Of a stretch of DNA of 64,000 nt, positions 1 to 13,815 are shown one piece after another. The notes beneath the pieces were generated by a model, which searched no databases, had not been told where the DNA came from, and was given only the letters and a program-made list of their open reading frames with translations. Origin of the DNA: Octopus sinensis (lineage: Eukaryota); NCBI RefSeq assembly GCF_006345805.1, contig NC_043007.1, forward strand, positions 70,866,001 to 70,930,000. Direction: 5' to 3'. The translations under genes and the position numbers were made by a program. Position 1 is the first letter of the stretch. Each line of letters opens with the position of its first letter.

Positions 1-253
1 GCATGATTCATTTTTTTTTTTATGAATGGTTCCTAAACATTTTACACATTTTTTTATCTTGAAAATTCATTATCTACAGCAATTTTAAGAATATTTTAAG
101 GTAGATTATTACTATATAGATTATTTATTCTATTTCATAAAATCTCCAAAAATACTTGAAATGTTTGTGTTAATTTCTGTTTTTAGAACTTCCTTCGACT
201 TAATCTCTTTTGTCTATCTCAAAATTAACATTTTTATTTAAATTTTTCCAAAC

Positions 254-645
254 AGGCATAGTGGCTGTGTGGTAAGTAGCTTGCTTACCAACCATATGGT
301 TCCGGGTTCAGTCCCACTGCGTGGCACCTTTGGCAAATGTCTTCTACTATAGCCTCAGACCAACTAAAGCCTTGTGAGTGGATTTGTTAGACGGAAACTG
401 AAAGAAGCCCATCGTATATATGTATGTCTGTGTGTATATGTTTGTGTGTCTGTGTTTGTCTCCCCAACATCACTTGACAACCGATGCTGGTGTGTTTACA
501 TTCCTGTAACTTAGCAGTTCGGCAAAAAAAGATCGATAGAATAAGTACTAGGCTTGCAAAGAATAAGTCTTGGGGTCAATTTGCTCGACTAAAGGTGGTG
601 CTCCAGCATGGCCACAGTCAAATGACTAAAATTAGTAAAAGAGTA
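254..645 (+). mobile_element. tRNA-derived SINE family A with internal (TA)/(TG) microsatellite
   Basis: A box gtggctgtgtgg, B box ggttcagtcc, ccttgggcaag block, (gtaaaaga)n tail. Other copies at about 648-1398(-), 4220-4575, 4905-5335(-), 12140-12500(-), 20704-21185, 21380-21780, 27890-28255(-), 38045-38440, 47385-47915, 54993-55390, 62325-62880. Confidence 0.85.
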
Positions 646-1581
646 TCTTTTACTTGTTTCAGTCATTTGGTTAGTTTCAGCCATTTGGCACTGCCTTGAA
701 GGGTTTTTCAATGGAACAAATTGACCCCAGGACATATTTTTTAATGCTTGGTACTTATTCTATATTTTTCTTTTGCTGAACTGCTAAGTTACTGGAATGT
801 AAGCACACCAACAGTGGTTGTCAAGCATTGATTGAGGGGTGGGGGTGGGGACTAACACTGACACAAACACTCACACACACATACATACACACACACAATC
901 TTACATGCATACATACATACATACATACATACATACACACACATACAAACATACATACATACACACATACATACATACATACATACATGTTTCTTTCAGT
1001 TTCTGTCTACCAAATCTGCTCACAAGACTTTGGTCAGCCCAAAGCTATAGCAGAGGACACTTATCATCAGGCGGCGAGCTGGCAGAAATGTTAGCACACT
1101 GGGCGAAATGCTTACCAGTATTTCATCTACCGCTACGTTCTGAGTTCAAATTCCGCTGAGGTCGACTTTGCCTTTCATCCTTTCGGGGTCAATTAAATAA
1201 GTACCAGTTACGCACTGGAGTTGATATAATCGAGACTCAATCCGTTTGTCTGTCCTTGTATGTTCCCTCTGTGTGTAGCCCCTTGTGGGCAGTAAAGAAA
1301 TAAGGAATAAGAGGACACTTGCCTAAGGTGTCATGCAGTGGGACTAAACCCAGAACCATGTGGTTGGGAAGCAAGCTTCTTACCACACAGCCACGCCTCT
1401 TAGTCTAACTAGAGACCAGATGGTACATTTATTCTGCAAAGGATTTTAGGAATTATCACCCTCTGCCTCACACACATCATTGTATGCTTGTTTAATTAAA
1501 CTCAATGGTAAACTAAGACTCATTTTGTTATTTGTTATAATATGTTTGTTTGCAACCTTTGGTATATTATACATGCTGCAT

Positions 1582-1801
1582 TTAACCCTTTAATATTTAA
1601 ACCTGCGATATCCGGCCTAAATATTCCACCTGTTTTATGTTCAAAGCAGCCAGCTATGACCTTTCACACCTACCCTCCAATGTCATTCTAAAATTAGACA
1701 ATCGCATCATTGAAGCTTCAAGATTATGCATGATTAATCTGAAATAATGTGAGTTAATAAGAATTACATTCAACAGAGCAATCTGAATGTTAAAGGGTTA
1801 A
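1582..1801. mobile_element. piggyBac-type MITE family E (~215 bp)
   Basis: TTAA|CCCTTTA...TAAAGGG|TTAA. Other copies at ~10769-10991, 12615-12969, 34762-35376, 39443-39671, 51544-52016, 59250-59477, 60115-60385. Confidence 0.8.
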
Positions 1802-2900
1802 CATCATGGGAGACTGTATATAGTCATACATACATACATACATGCATGCATATGCATGTATGAGCTCCTCTGTGTGCGTGTGTGTGTGTTTGTGTGTGTA
1901 TGATTAGAATTAGTCACCACTTGTTTGAAGGTGTGGAGGGTAAACAATATGCATAAATCCAGATTATAGTTTCACAGAGTTTTCTACAATAGTAATCAGT
2001 GATGTGGAAAAAAAAAGCTGGGAATGAAAATAGAAATGGGACCCAAGTGGTTATTCATGTGAGATGCAACACCAGGCAGATGTGGTAGATCCACCACTTT
2101 TTTCACATCAAATGTTTATCACTGGCATCTGTTGAAATTGACATCATCATCATCATCACCCCCACCACCAACATCACCACCACCATCACCACCATCACCA
2201 TCATCATTTGTCTTTCACTATGCCATTGTAGCTTCAATGGGTCTTCTCCATCTGTTGCATCTTAATTTTTGTTATGGTCCTTTGTCATCTCCCTTCTAAG
2301 ATTCAGCATCTTAATATCTGCTTTTACCATTTCTTCCTACTTCTGCAGTCGTCTCCCTCTTCCATTGGCTTCTTCCACTTGGATTCTTTAGCTCTTCTTC
2401 ACCTAACTCCCACAGACATCAAATATCTCGAACCAACACATTCTTCTCTCTTGCATGCTACGACCAATTCTTCTTAAGATGGTTAGTTCTTCGAACATAT
2501 AACTCTTCATTCCTTCACAGCCTCCCTGTAATTTGCAGTCAACAACTGTGAAAATGAGGTCTTTCCTGAGAAGATCGCATAGAAATGATGTTTTTGCTTA
2601 GTCCTAACTGTAGTGCTTAATCAGAAGTCAGTGTTGGCTATGATTAATTTATGTTTGGTTACTGTGTCACATACTTTGACTACTTCAACTACTCAGTCTG
2701 CCAGTAATATATGTTCCGCATTCACTACCCATGTAAAGCTAGGGTATGGGTTTAAGCCAATGTTGTCTCAATATTCAGTCAAGGACAAAAGTTTAGAACA
2801 TAGGTCTGAAAACTAGAATTTTTATATTAAATGCCTAAATTGTACTTGGGCATAACAATTTTAATTTTTTTAAAAAAACATTCCAAACTTTTGGGGCCAT

Positions 2901-2978
<78 letters not shown>

Positions 2979-4615
2979 TTATATATATATGTATATATGT
3001 ATATATGTATGTGTGAGTGTGTGTGTGTGTATATATATATGTGTATGTGTATGTTTGTGTGTCTGTGTTTGTCCCCACCAACATTGCTTGACAACCAATG
3101 CTGGTGTGTTTACGTCCCTGTAACTTGGTGGTTTGGCAAAAGAGACCGATAGAATAAGTACTAGGCTTCCAATGAGTAAGTCCTGGAGTCGATATGCTCA
3201 ACTAAAGGCGGTGCTCCAGCATGGCCACAGTTAAATGACTGAAACAAGTAAAAGAGTAAAAGAGTAAGGGTATACACACACATGATTTATGTAAAAACTG
3301 ACCAACTTTGTTATTGTTTTCTTAATGGCTGGACATCTTCCTCATCAACAACCAATTTACAACATGGGCTCTTTGTAATTTATCATGTCAATGACATTAA
3401 CAAGAGATGGTCTGTGGTAAGACCTGCTCCCAGTTTTCATCTATTTGTCATCAGGTCTTATTCACAGTCACTGATCCCACTATTAACTGAGTTGCCTTTG
3501 ACATAGTGTCCATTTTTTTGTATACTACTTTTTTTAATATTTTTGTTTTTCATTCTAACTGACCTGACCTTTTTCTGACAAACCACTTAATAAATTTGCC
3601 CTGGATGTAGTTTGTGGCCTCATTAGCACCAGTCATGATGTCTTTGACAAATATAAAGCCTCTTTTTTATTCAAAATCACCTCTGTCTATCCTTTTCTAT
3701 TTTGGCTTGGCTTCTGTACATTTTTGTACATGTATGTGTGTGTGTGTGTGTGTGCGCATGTGTGTGTGTATGTGTGTGTACAAGTGGACAATCAGATATA
3801 TTGTTTTTTTTTTCCATAATGTTTAGTTGAATATACAAGGCCTACATAAATTATAAAAAGTTTTGTATGTGTGTTGGCTCAGTGGTTAGAGCGTCGAGTT
3901 CAATTCACGGATCAGGCTGCGTGTTGTGTTCTTGAGCAAGATACTTTATTTCACATTGCTCCAGTTCACTCATCTGTAAAAATGAGTTGCGACATCACTT
4001 GTGCCAAGCTGTATCGGCCTTTGCCTTTCCCTTGGATAACATCAGTGGTGTGTAGAGGGGAGGCTGGTATGCATGGGCGACTGCTGGCCTTCCATAAACA
4101 ACCATGCCTGGACTTGTACCTCAGAGGGTAACTTTCTGTGTTCAATCCCATGGGCATTCATGACCGAAGGGGGTCTCCCATATAAACATATATCATTGAA
4201 TTTTAATATAATTATATATCATGGGTGCAAATCTAAATGTTTGTTTCCCACCCACATGGTTCCAGGTTCAGTCCCACTATATGGCACCTTGGGCAAGTGT
4301 CTTCTACTATAACCTCAGGCCACCCAAATCCTTGTGAATGGATTTAGTAGAAGGAAACTTAGGCTTGTCATGTGTGTGTGTGTGTGTGTGCATATTTATA
4401 TGTGTGTGTGTCTTTATAGTTGCCTAACATAGTGGTTCAGCAAACAAAATTGATAGAATAAGTACCAAGTTTAAGTAAAAGAAGTACTAGTGTTGATTTG
4501 TTCAACTAAACCCTTCAAGGCAGTGCTCCAGCATGACCGCAGTCAAATGACTGCAACAAGTAAAAGAATAAAAAGATTATACATATAAATATCTGTCTGT
4601 CTGTCTGTCTATCTG

Positions 4616-4691
<76 letters not shown>

Positions 4692-5121
4692 ATTACTGTT
4701 CTGTTATCGGTAGGATCAGCAAAAAAAGTAGTCCATCCAGGGAGAGATGAATATTATTTAATATACATTATTACAAAAGAGCTAGTTTCATGCTTTAGAA
4801 TACATGAGATTGGCAGATTTATATCAAAGCAATCTTAAAGCATGAAATTATTAGTAGCACTCTTGTAATAGTGTGTATTAAATGTGATATATGCATGCAT
4901 ATACTCTTTTACTTGTTTCAGTCATTTGACTGTGGCCATGCTGGAGCACCGCCGTTAGTCGAGCAAATTGACCCCAGGACTTATTCTTTGTAAGCCTAGT
5001 ACTTATTCTATCGGTCACTTTTGCTGAACCACTAAGTTACAGGGACATAAACACACCAGCATCGGTTGTCAAATGTTGTCAAGGGGGACAAACACAAACA
5101 CAGAAACATATACACACACAC

Positions 5122-5170
<49 letters not shown>

Positions 5171-6389
5171 TATATATGACGGGCTTCTTTCAGTTTCCGT
5201 CTACCAAATCCACTCACAAGGCTTTGGTCTGCCCGAGTCTATAATAGAAGACACTTGCCCAAGGTGCCACGCGGTGGGACTAAACCCGGAACCATGTGGT
5301 TCGTAAGCAAGCTACTTACCACACAGCCACGCCTGCATATATATACATAAATAATTTTGATTCTAGTATGATATGTATATTTATGTATACTGATGTAATC
5401 TTTTCAAGTTTGTATGTATGTGTACTTCATACTTTATTGATGATTAAGAGTGCATACACACACATATATGTGCATATGTGTGTGTTTTGTGTGTGTGTGT
5501 GTGTGCATGCGCACTAGATATTTTACATGACTTAATAAGCCAGCTAAATGTTAACTACTTTGCAAGTGTCAGAATGTAAAACTCTTGAAGTTTTCTTCAT
5601 TTTCACTAAGAAATTCCTGTCTTGGAGTAGGTTTGACACGAAAAATACTTCTTCATCCTAAGCCTTCTACTTAGTTAGTAATGACCGGTTCAAGTGCACT
5701 TTATAAGAACATTTTTAAAAGTCTGAGCTTTGTTTTTGACTTCTGTCTCTTCACTGTGCTTAACAATTTCATATTCTGATCCAGTAACTAATTAATTTTT
5801 GGAATTAATAGTGTTATTCTTCAGACTAAATAATCTAAAATGAACAACACAGTGCTGTTTTCTTCACTCTTCCCCTCTTATTTTTGTTGTTTTAAATTAT
5901 TTAATCATCAACCATCAAAAGGTTATTTAAAGAAATTAAACTTGGAACAAAAAAACAAAACAACAAAAAAACCAGTAAATTTAATATTCATTAACTGAGC
6001 ACAAATTAATGACATCATTTATTTATAAAGCACCATTTGTTTCTAGATTCTAGCTTATATTATTTATAAAGGCCTAATTTGTTTCTGTTTTCATGTGTAA
6101 CCTTTATATGACAAGTGGAGCGTATCATCTTAGGTGAAGTCTTCTTTTCATCAATTTATTAACAAAGAAAGAACAGAGATTTGGCAGATTTGATAGAAAT
6201 GGCAAATTGCCAAACTAAGTACATTGCAGTATTCAGTTTTACTTATCTGCCATCTAAGTTTGAATGCCATACTTTGAGAGCACCACAGCACTTTGGTTTA
6301 AAAGAAATTTCCTCTAATGAATCAAGTCAATATTTCGTTTTTGGATTTGTTTTGCAAGATTCTTTATATGAGTTCGTGTGTTGAAGCAT

Positions 6390-6679
6390 ATTCTGTTGTG
6401 TCTGGGGAGAGTCATTCTCTTTTAGTGCCTTATTATTTAACACACTCACCAGTAAAATTTCCACTTATTTCTTATTTTTATTTTCTAAAATTTTCATTGC
6501 GTCTTGCAACCTTTTCAATAGTCTTGCAACCTTTTCAATAGTCAAGACTATTGAAAAGGTTGCAAGACGCAATGAAAATTTTAGAAAATAAAAATAAGAA
6601 ATAAGTGGAAATTTTACCTGTGAATGTGTTAAATAATAAGGCACTAAAAGAGAATGACTCTCCCCAGACACAACAGAAT
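6390..6679. repeat. 137-bp inverted duplication with a 16-nt spacer
   Basis: 6390-6526 vs 6543-6679, 3 mismatches; the ORF track shows the same peptide on both strands. Confidence 0.93.
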
Positions 6680-8124
6680 CAAGTCAAGTGTTCCTGCAAA
6701 TTATGGAGTAGGTTTTAAGCTTTGCTAAACCAGCTGAAACAGTAAAATGATAATTAATTTTAATTAAAATTTTACATCTTTCATGAATTGTTGTCCAATC
6801 AGTGCAGTTATTTTCATGTACCTTATTCCCAATACATGTATAATGAGAAATTGGTTAAATATGCTGAATCTCTATATTAGAGGTGGAAGCACATTTATGT
6901 GCTTACTAATAATAATATTAGGGAGTATGGCTCCAAACTTACAGGGAAAAATTAAATTTAGTATTAAATCAAATTTCACAGTATAAATATATAAAATATG
7001 AATTTGAGATAAAACCACTATTAGGCAACTCAAACAGTGATAGACATAAACCAATACGTAAATAACAAATAATATAAATATAATTAATATAAATATAATA
7101 TATATATAAATGATTTTTTTTATCCAAAAAGTATAAAAAGAACGATAAATATAATATAATATAGGTTTTATCTCTAATTCATATTTTATATATATATAAA
7201 TTTTCTGGGATTAGACTCAATGATTTTGTTGTAAGTACACACACAAACACACACACTTATATTCTAATCTCTGGACTGACTTTATGTATCTCCATCTCCA
7301 TTTTAACACTTTAAATGATGCAAGATCAAACACAAAGCATTGTTGCCCAACACTGATATTTAAAGCCATTACCAGTCATTGTTGACACAATTCAATAGTG
7401 AAACAAAAAGTTATCACAGTTTGCTAACCTGACACTATTTTGATACTGGAAGCAAGAATAATTAATAATTCCACTTTGTCAGGATTTCTTAATTGTTTCC
7501 TGATTAGATTTCTCTAGCTAGCTCCCTGTTCCCCACCTCCCTCTCTCTACCCTGTAGATCGTATCATTTGTGACTAATACTAATCGTACATTGTAGTAAT
7601 TAAAACTTAATCTCATATCTGGTTATAAACAAAAGGAAGTTGTAAAACTCTTAACATTATTTCTCAACACACTTCTTGGCTATGTTTTTCCAGTGTAACT
7701 ATAAACCTTTGTGATATGTAATGCCAGCTCAAGCTCATCCGAAGGAAGTTCATCTCAGCTGGCTTTGTAATTAAATATCAGTAGAGAGCCTGTTGCCATA
7801 TGTAGGGCAGTGATAAGGTTGCTGTGTTCTGTAGGCAGAGGTGAAGGGTAGCAGGCGCGGAGGGTGGGTGAGTGGGTGGTTGTGTTCAGGAAATCTAACT
7901 ACTGATATAATTTCCAAGAAAAACAGGGAGAAGAGAGATAGAGAGCGAGAGAGAGAGAGAATGGTAGTAGTAGCGGTGATAAGGAGGAATGCTTGTAATT
8001 ATGAACGACAGAGAGTTATTTGGTGATTTTAAACAGCCACAGAACACAGTGATATGTCAGTCAGTGTTTTCTTTTATGATGTCTTCCACTTTGGGATTAC
8101 TTAACATCACCTGTTAACTTGTTT

Positions 8125-9130
8125 CTTATTTCTTTATTGCCCCGCAAGGGGATAAACATAGAGGGGACAAACAAAGACAGACAAACGGATTAGGTCGATT
8201 GCATCGACCCCAGTGCGTAACTGGTACTTAATTTATCGACCCCAAAAGGATGAAAGGCAAAGTCGACCTTGACAGAATTTGAACTCAGAATGTAATGGCA
8301 GATGAAATACCTATTTCTTTACTTCTACCCACAAGAGGCTAAACACAGAGAGGACAAACAAGGACAGACAAATGGATTAAGTCGATTGCATCGACCCCAG
8401 TGCGTAACTGGTACTTAATTTATCGACCCCAAAAGGATGAAAGGCAAAGTCGACCTTGACGGAATTTGAACTCAGAATGTAATGGCAGGTGAAATACCTA
8501 TTTCTTTACTACCCACAAGAGGCTAAACACAGAGAGGACAAACAAGGACAGACAAACGGATTAAGTTGATTATATCGACCCCAGTGTGTAACTGGTACTT
8601 AATTTATTGACCCCAAAAGGATGAAAGGCAAAGTCGACCTTGACGGAATTTGAACTCAGAATGTAATGGCAGATGAAATACCTATTTCTTTACTACCCAC
8701 AAGAGGCTAAACACAGAGAAGACAAACAAGGACAGACAAATGGATTAAGTTGATTATATCGACCCCAGTGTGTAACTGGTACTTAATTTATCGACCCCGA
8801 AAGGATGAAAGGCAAAGTCGACTTCGGCGGAATTTGAACTCAGAACAGAACGGCAGACGAAATATCGCTAAGCATTTCGCTTGGCATGCTAACATTTCTT
8901 ATTTCTTTATTGCTCACTAGGGGCTAAACATAGAGGGGACAAACAAGGACAGACAAAGGGATTAAGTCGATTGCATTGACCCCAGTGCGTAACTGGTACT
9001 TAATTTATTGACCTTGAAAGGATGAAAGGCAAAGTCGACCTTGGCAGAATTTGAACTCAGAACGTAACGGCAGATGAAATATCGCTAAGCATTTTGCCCG
9101 GCATGCTAACATTTCTGCCAGCTCGCCGCC
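8125..9130 (-). repeat. Head-to-tail array of five SINE-B units
   Basis: Units of about 185-230 bp; the middle three are nearly identical and share the junction gatgaaatacctatttctttact. Confidence 0.85.
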
Positions 9131-9159
9131 TGTTAACTTGTTTCTATTCCTAATATCCT

Positions 9160-9390
9160 TTAACCCTTTCGATACCAACCTGCCTGATACCGCTTCTGGC
9201 TCTGTAGTACAAATGTCTTGTTTTCATAAGTTTTTAGTTAAAATCTTCCACTAAACCTTAGTTGCAATTTATGTTCCTAACACTAGCTTAATGATAACTA
9301 CATTATTTTACTAAATTCTTTGTTATATTTAAAATTAATTGAAAGAAACACAGAGCATCTCAAAATAAATATGGTTAATAAAAGAGTTAA
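9160..9390. mobile_element. piggyBac-type MITE family F (~225 bp)
   Basis: TTAA|CCCTTTC...AAAGGG|TTAA consensus. Other copies at 29442-29669, 34397-34625, 39218-39446, 58951-59178. Confidence 0.8.
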
Positions 9391-9392
9391 GG

Positions 9393-10766
9393 CAGTGTTT
9401 CTCAACCATTTGTTTGTCAATGGACCTTTTTTTTGTGTGTTTGAGGTGTCGATGTTTACTGAGTCCTGAAATTTGCATAAGTTCACACAGATATCCGTGC
9501 TTTTCATCAACTGATGAGTCGAGTGATCCCCCGTCCTTTGTAAAGGTGCATGGCTTAGTGGTTAGGGTGTTGGACTCATGACTGTAAGATTGTGATTTCA
9601 ATTCCTGGACTGGGTGACACATTGTGTTCTTGAGCAAAACACTTCATTTCACATTGTTTCAGTCAATTCAGGTGGCAAAAATGAGTAATCCTGCAATGGA
9701 CTGGCGTCCTGTCCAGGTGAGGAAATATGCCATGGAAACAGGGAACCTGGCCCTTGTGAGTCCTTTTTTTACTCTGTTGGACCCTCATGACCATTCAACT
9801 TTTTACCTTTTATCTTTTACTTGCTCCAGTCATTAGACCGTGGCCATGCTGGGGCATCGCCTTGAAGAATTTTTAGTCACATGTATCGACCCTAGTATTT
9901 ATTTTTTAAAACCTGGTACTTACTCTATCAGTCTCTTTTGTCAAACTGCTAAGTTACAGGGACATAAACACACTAGCACCAGTTGTCAGTTGGTGTAGTC
10001 ATGATTGGCAAACAGACACAAAGACACATGCATAGGTGTATATCTACATATATGCGATGGGCTTCTTTCAGTTTCCATCTATCAGATCCAGTCACAGGGC
10101 TTTGATTAGCTCATGGCTATGGCAGAGGACACTTGCCCAAGGTGCTACACAATGGGACTGAACCCCAAACTTATAGGAGCACTCCGTCGGTTACGACGAT
10201 GAGGGTCCCAGCTGATACGATCAACGGAACAGCTTGCTCGTGGAATTAACGTGCAAGTGGCTGAGCATTCCACAGACACGTGTACCCTTAACGTAGTTCT
10301 CAAAGAGATTCAGCGTGACACAGAGTGTGACAAGGCTGGCCCTTTGAAATACAGGTACAACAGAAACAGGAAGAAAGAGTGAGAGAAAGTTGTGGTGAAA
10401 GAGTACAGCAGGGTTCACCACCACCCCCTGCAGGAGCCTTGTGAAGCTTTAGGTGTTTTCGCTCAATAAACACTCACAATGCCTGGTCTGGGAATTGAAA
10501 CCGCGAGTCCGCTGCCCTAACCACTGGGCCATTGCGCCTCCACAAACCCCAAACTATATGATTGGGAAGCAAGCTTCTTATCCCACAGCCACAAAAAATC
10601 CTATTATAATTTTATAATTAAATGTTATTAGGAATTGTATTAAAAAAATTGTTAAAATATTTCATGAATTGTAGATGTATAACCAATATATTTTGAATAA
10701 ATTTTAACAGCAAAAGGTCTTCCACAAATCTTCAAGGACCATATGGGCCCCCGTTGAGAACCATTG
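9393..10766. mobile_element. hAT-like MITE with nested SINEs
   Basis: cagtgtttctcaacc ... gttgagaaccattg termini enclosing three SINE insertions. Confidence 0.5.
10160..10543 (-). mobile_element. tRNA-derived SINE, head C with tail X
   Basis: ggaggcgcaatggcccagtggttaggg head; tail cacgctgaatctc...cgtaaccgacggagtgc; inserted in a SINE-A. Confidence 0.8.
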
Positions 10767-13639
10767 CTTCAACCCTTTAGCAATCAGATTACTCAGTCAA
10801 CTGGAATGCTATTTTTTCACCTTGTTTGGAATTAATCAGATACCTTGTAGCTTTGAGATTTTGATGATGCGATTGTATATTTTAAGGTGACATTTTAGGG
10901 CAGGTGTGAGTGGCTGAATTTGGCTAATTTGAACACAAAACAAGTAGAATATTTTGGCCAGATGTGGCTGCTTTAAATGCCAAAGGGTTAAGGGATCTTT
11001 TAACTTTCCCTTTAATAACTTTTGTCCTGTGTTTCTAGTCAGTGCACAAATATGTAACTTAAACGAATTTTACTCATTTTGAGTCATATCTATTATTGAA
11101 ATCCTTTAATTTAGAAAATAATTAAAAATTTAGAACTATTTAGTAAAATAACTTTTCCACACACACACACACACACACACGTACACACACATGTACACAC
11201 ACACACACACATAATGGCATGTGTCATATCATCATCATCATCATCATCATCATTTAACATACATTTTCCATGCTGGAATGGGTTGGACAGTTTGACAAGT
11301 GCTAGCGAGTTGAGGTTTGGTGGGTTGTTGGGTTGCACAAATTTCTATTGGCTTTACAGGGTGTATTGGGTGCATTTTTTGAGACACATCACACCACCAG
11401 CACTAATGAGGTCACCAATTAACTCACAAGACAAGTCACCCTCAACTGATGGAGTGCAGTATTGAGTAAGGTGGCTTTATACCAGGTGACAAAAGGCTAA
11501 AGTATGACAGAGGGACAGGTACATGTGTCTTGCTGTAGGAGAAGGAGATACATGATTACCGCAGCTGGAGGTGGTGGATGAAGATGTGTCATGGTGTTCC
11601 CTCAAGTTACACAAAAGTGAACAAAAGAGGAATGGATAGGGTGAGTGGACAGGTAAATAAGTTCATGGGAGTGTGAAGCGGTGTGTCAGATAGATAGAGG
11701 TGAACACAGGTGAGGGGGCGTGGTCAATTGTGTGTATCAGTTGGAGGGGAAGATGGAAGAGGAAGTAAGTGTAGGTCACAGAGGGGTACATTTCAATTGA
11801 CTCCTTTTAATACTTTAAAAGCAGGCATCATCAATTGATGTTTCAAAAATTTCATGTAAATGTGGATCATCATCAAAGGAAAGTGAATATTTTATGGCAC
11901 TTTTCAATAATGAGATTGTAGATTTTATTGTGGGAGAGACTAATAATTATTAGTTTTTGTACATATTTACAGGGAAAATAAGTATAGAAATGACCCTTAC
12001 AAAAAAGAGATTTTTTTTTGTTTTTTGCCTGTTTTGGCACATACATTCATGCAACCCTTTCCCATCATTTAAAGACTGATGCAGACCACTGCCGCCATTC
12101 AGGTTTTGATAATCTTGGGATAGCTTTTCTTTTATTTTTTATTTGTTTCAGTCATTAGATTGTGGCCATGCTGGGGCACTACCCTAAAGAATTCTTAGTT
12201 GACTGAATTGGCCCCAAGACTTATTTTTTAAAGCCTGGTTCTTACTCTATTGGTCTCCTTTGCCAAACAGCTAAGTTATGGGGATGTAAACAAACCAACA
12301 CTGGTTGACAAGCAGTGGTGGTGGGACAAACACAGATACACAGTCACACACATACACATACATGCACACACACACAACATGCAATACACAACACACACAC
12401 ACACACATGATGGGGCTTCTTTCAGTTTCCGTCTAACAAATCCACTCACAAGGCTTTGGTTGGCCTGGAGCTATAGTAGAAGACACTTTACCCAAGGTGC
12501 CTATATTCATTGTATTCTTTATAACTTTCAGTCTTGGAGATTTCTATCACAGATTATACATGGAAACGATTGATCTAATACCAAATTCTTAATTCATTTT
12601 CTTCCCTCTCCATTTTAACTCTTTAGCATTCAGATTACTCTGTTAAATGTAAAGCCTGTTTAATTACATCATCATCATTATCATCATCATTTAGCGTCCG
12701 TTTTCCATGCTAGCATGGGTTGGACGGTTCAACTGGGGTCTGTGAAGCTGGAAGGCTTCATCAGGCCCAGTCAGATCTGGCAGTGTTTCTATGGCTGGAT
12801 GCCCTTCTTAATGCCAACCACTCCGTGAGTGTAGTGGGTGATGATGTCCCTGTTTATTTTTAGAATGACTTTGTAAGGTAGGTGTGAGAGGTCAGAGCTG
12901 GCTGGTTTGAGCATGAAACAGGAAGGCAATTTTGGCTTGATATGGCCGGTTTAAACACTAAAGGGTTAATCTCATTAAAACATATTGTCATTTAAAGATT
13001 CTGATTACACGATTGTTTATTTTTATAATGACTTTTCAGGGTAATGTGTGAGAGGCTTGATCTGGCTTGTTTGAATGTAGAACAGGCAGAATATTTGGAC
13101 CGGGCATGGCCAATTTAAATGCTGAAAGGTTAAAGATTCACTGATATCTTGTCTGCTTCTCCTAGTTTCCTTCAAAGTTTTTGGCCAATTTTCTCATCTA
13201 ACCATTCAAAGGCATTGCACAGTAGTGTAGCTAAAGGGTGAGGACCAGTGCATCTCAGGCAGTGCTTTTATAGTAGTGGCACTTTAGGGTTTGGTATTGA
13301 AGCCTATACAGGTTTGGGGGCACTTGGGGGCTGGATGGGGAAGTGCCAAACTGAAGGGCTGTCCCAGTTGGTTCTAACACAAGTTTCTTTGACACTGATA
13401 CTGATGCCTAGCTCTTTGCCTCATCAGAGTTGTTTCTTGGAATCATTCCTTCATCAATCATTCTGCCATTCCTTCAGCCTCATCAAGCTGTCTTCTCGCC
13501 TTTATTCACTGTCACTAAATCATTTCGTGTGTGACGAACTAGAACTGGTGCGACTTTCTATATTGCTTCTGCCTGCCTTGCAATACACAAAGCATGTTGT
13601 TGATAGCTTTCTACTGAACAGCTGGGTCACTGTGACATG

Positions 13640-13776
13640 CACACACACACACACATACACACACACACACACACACACGCACACACACCTGCACACACAC
13701 ACACACACATTAATGTTTATAGTTATGTGTATAAATATATCTTTTTATATATGTATCTATAGATATACATTTTTAC

Positions 13777-13815
<39 letters not shown>

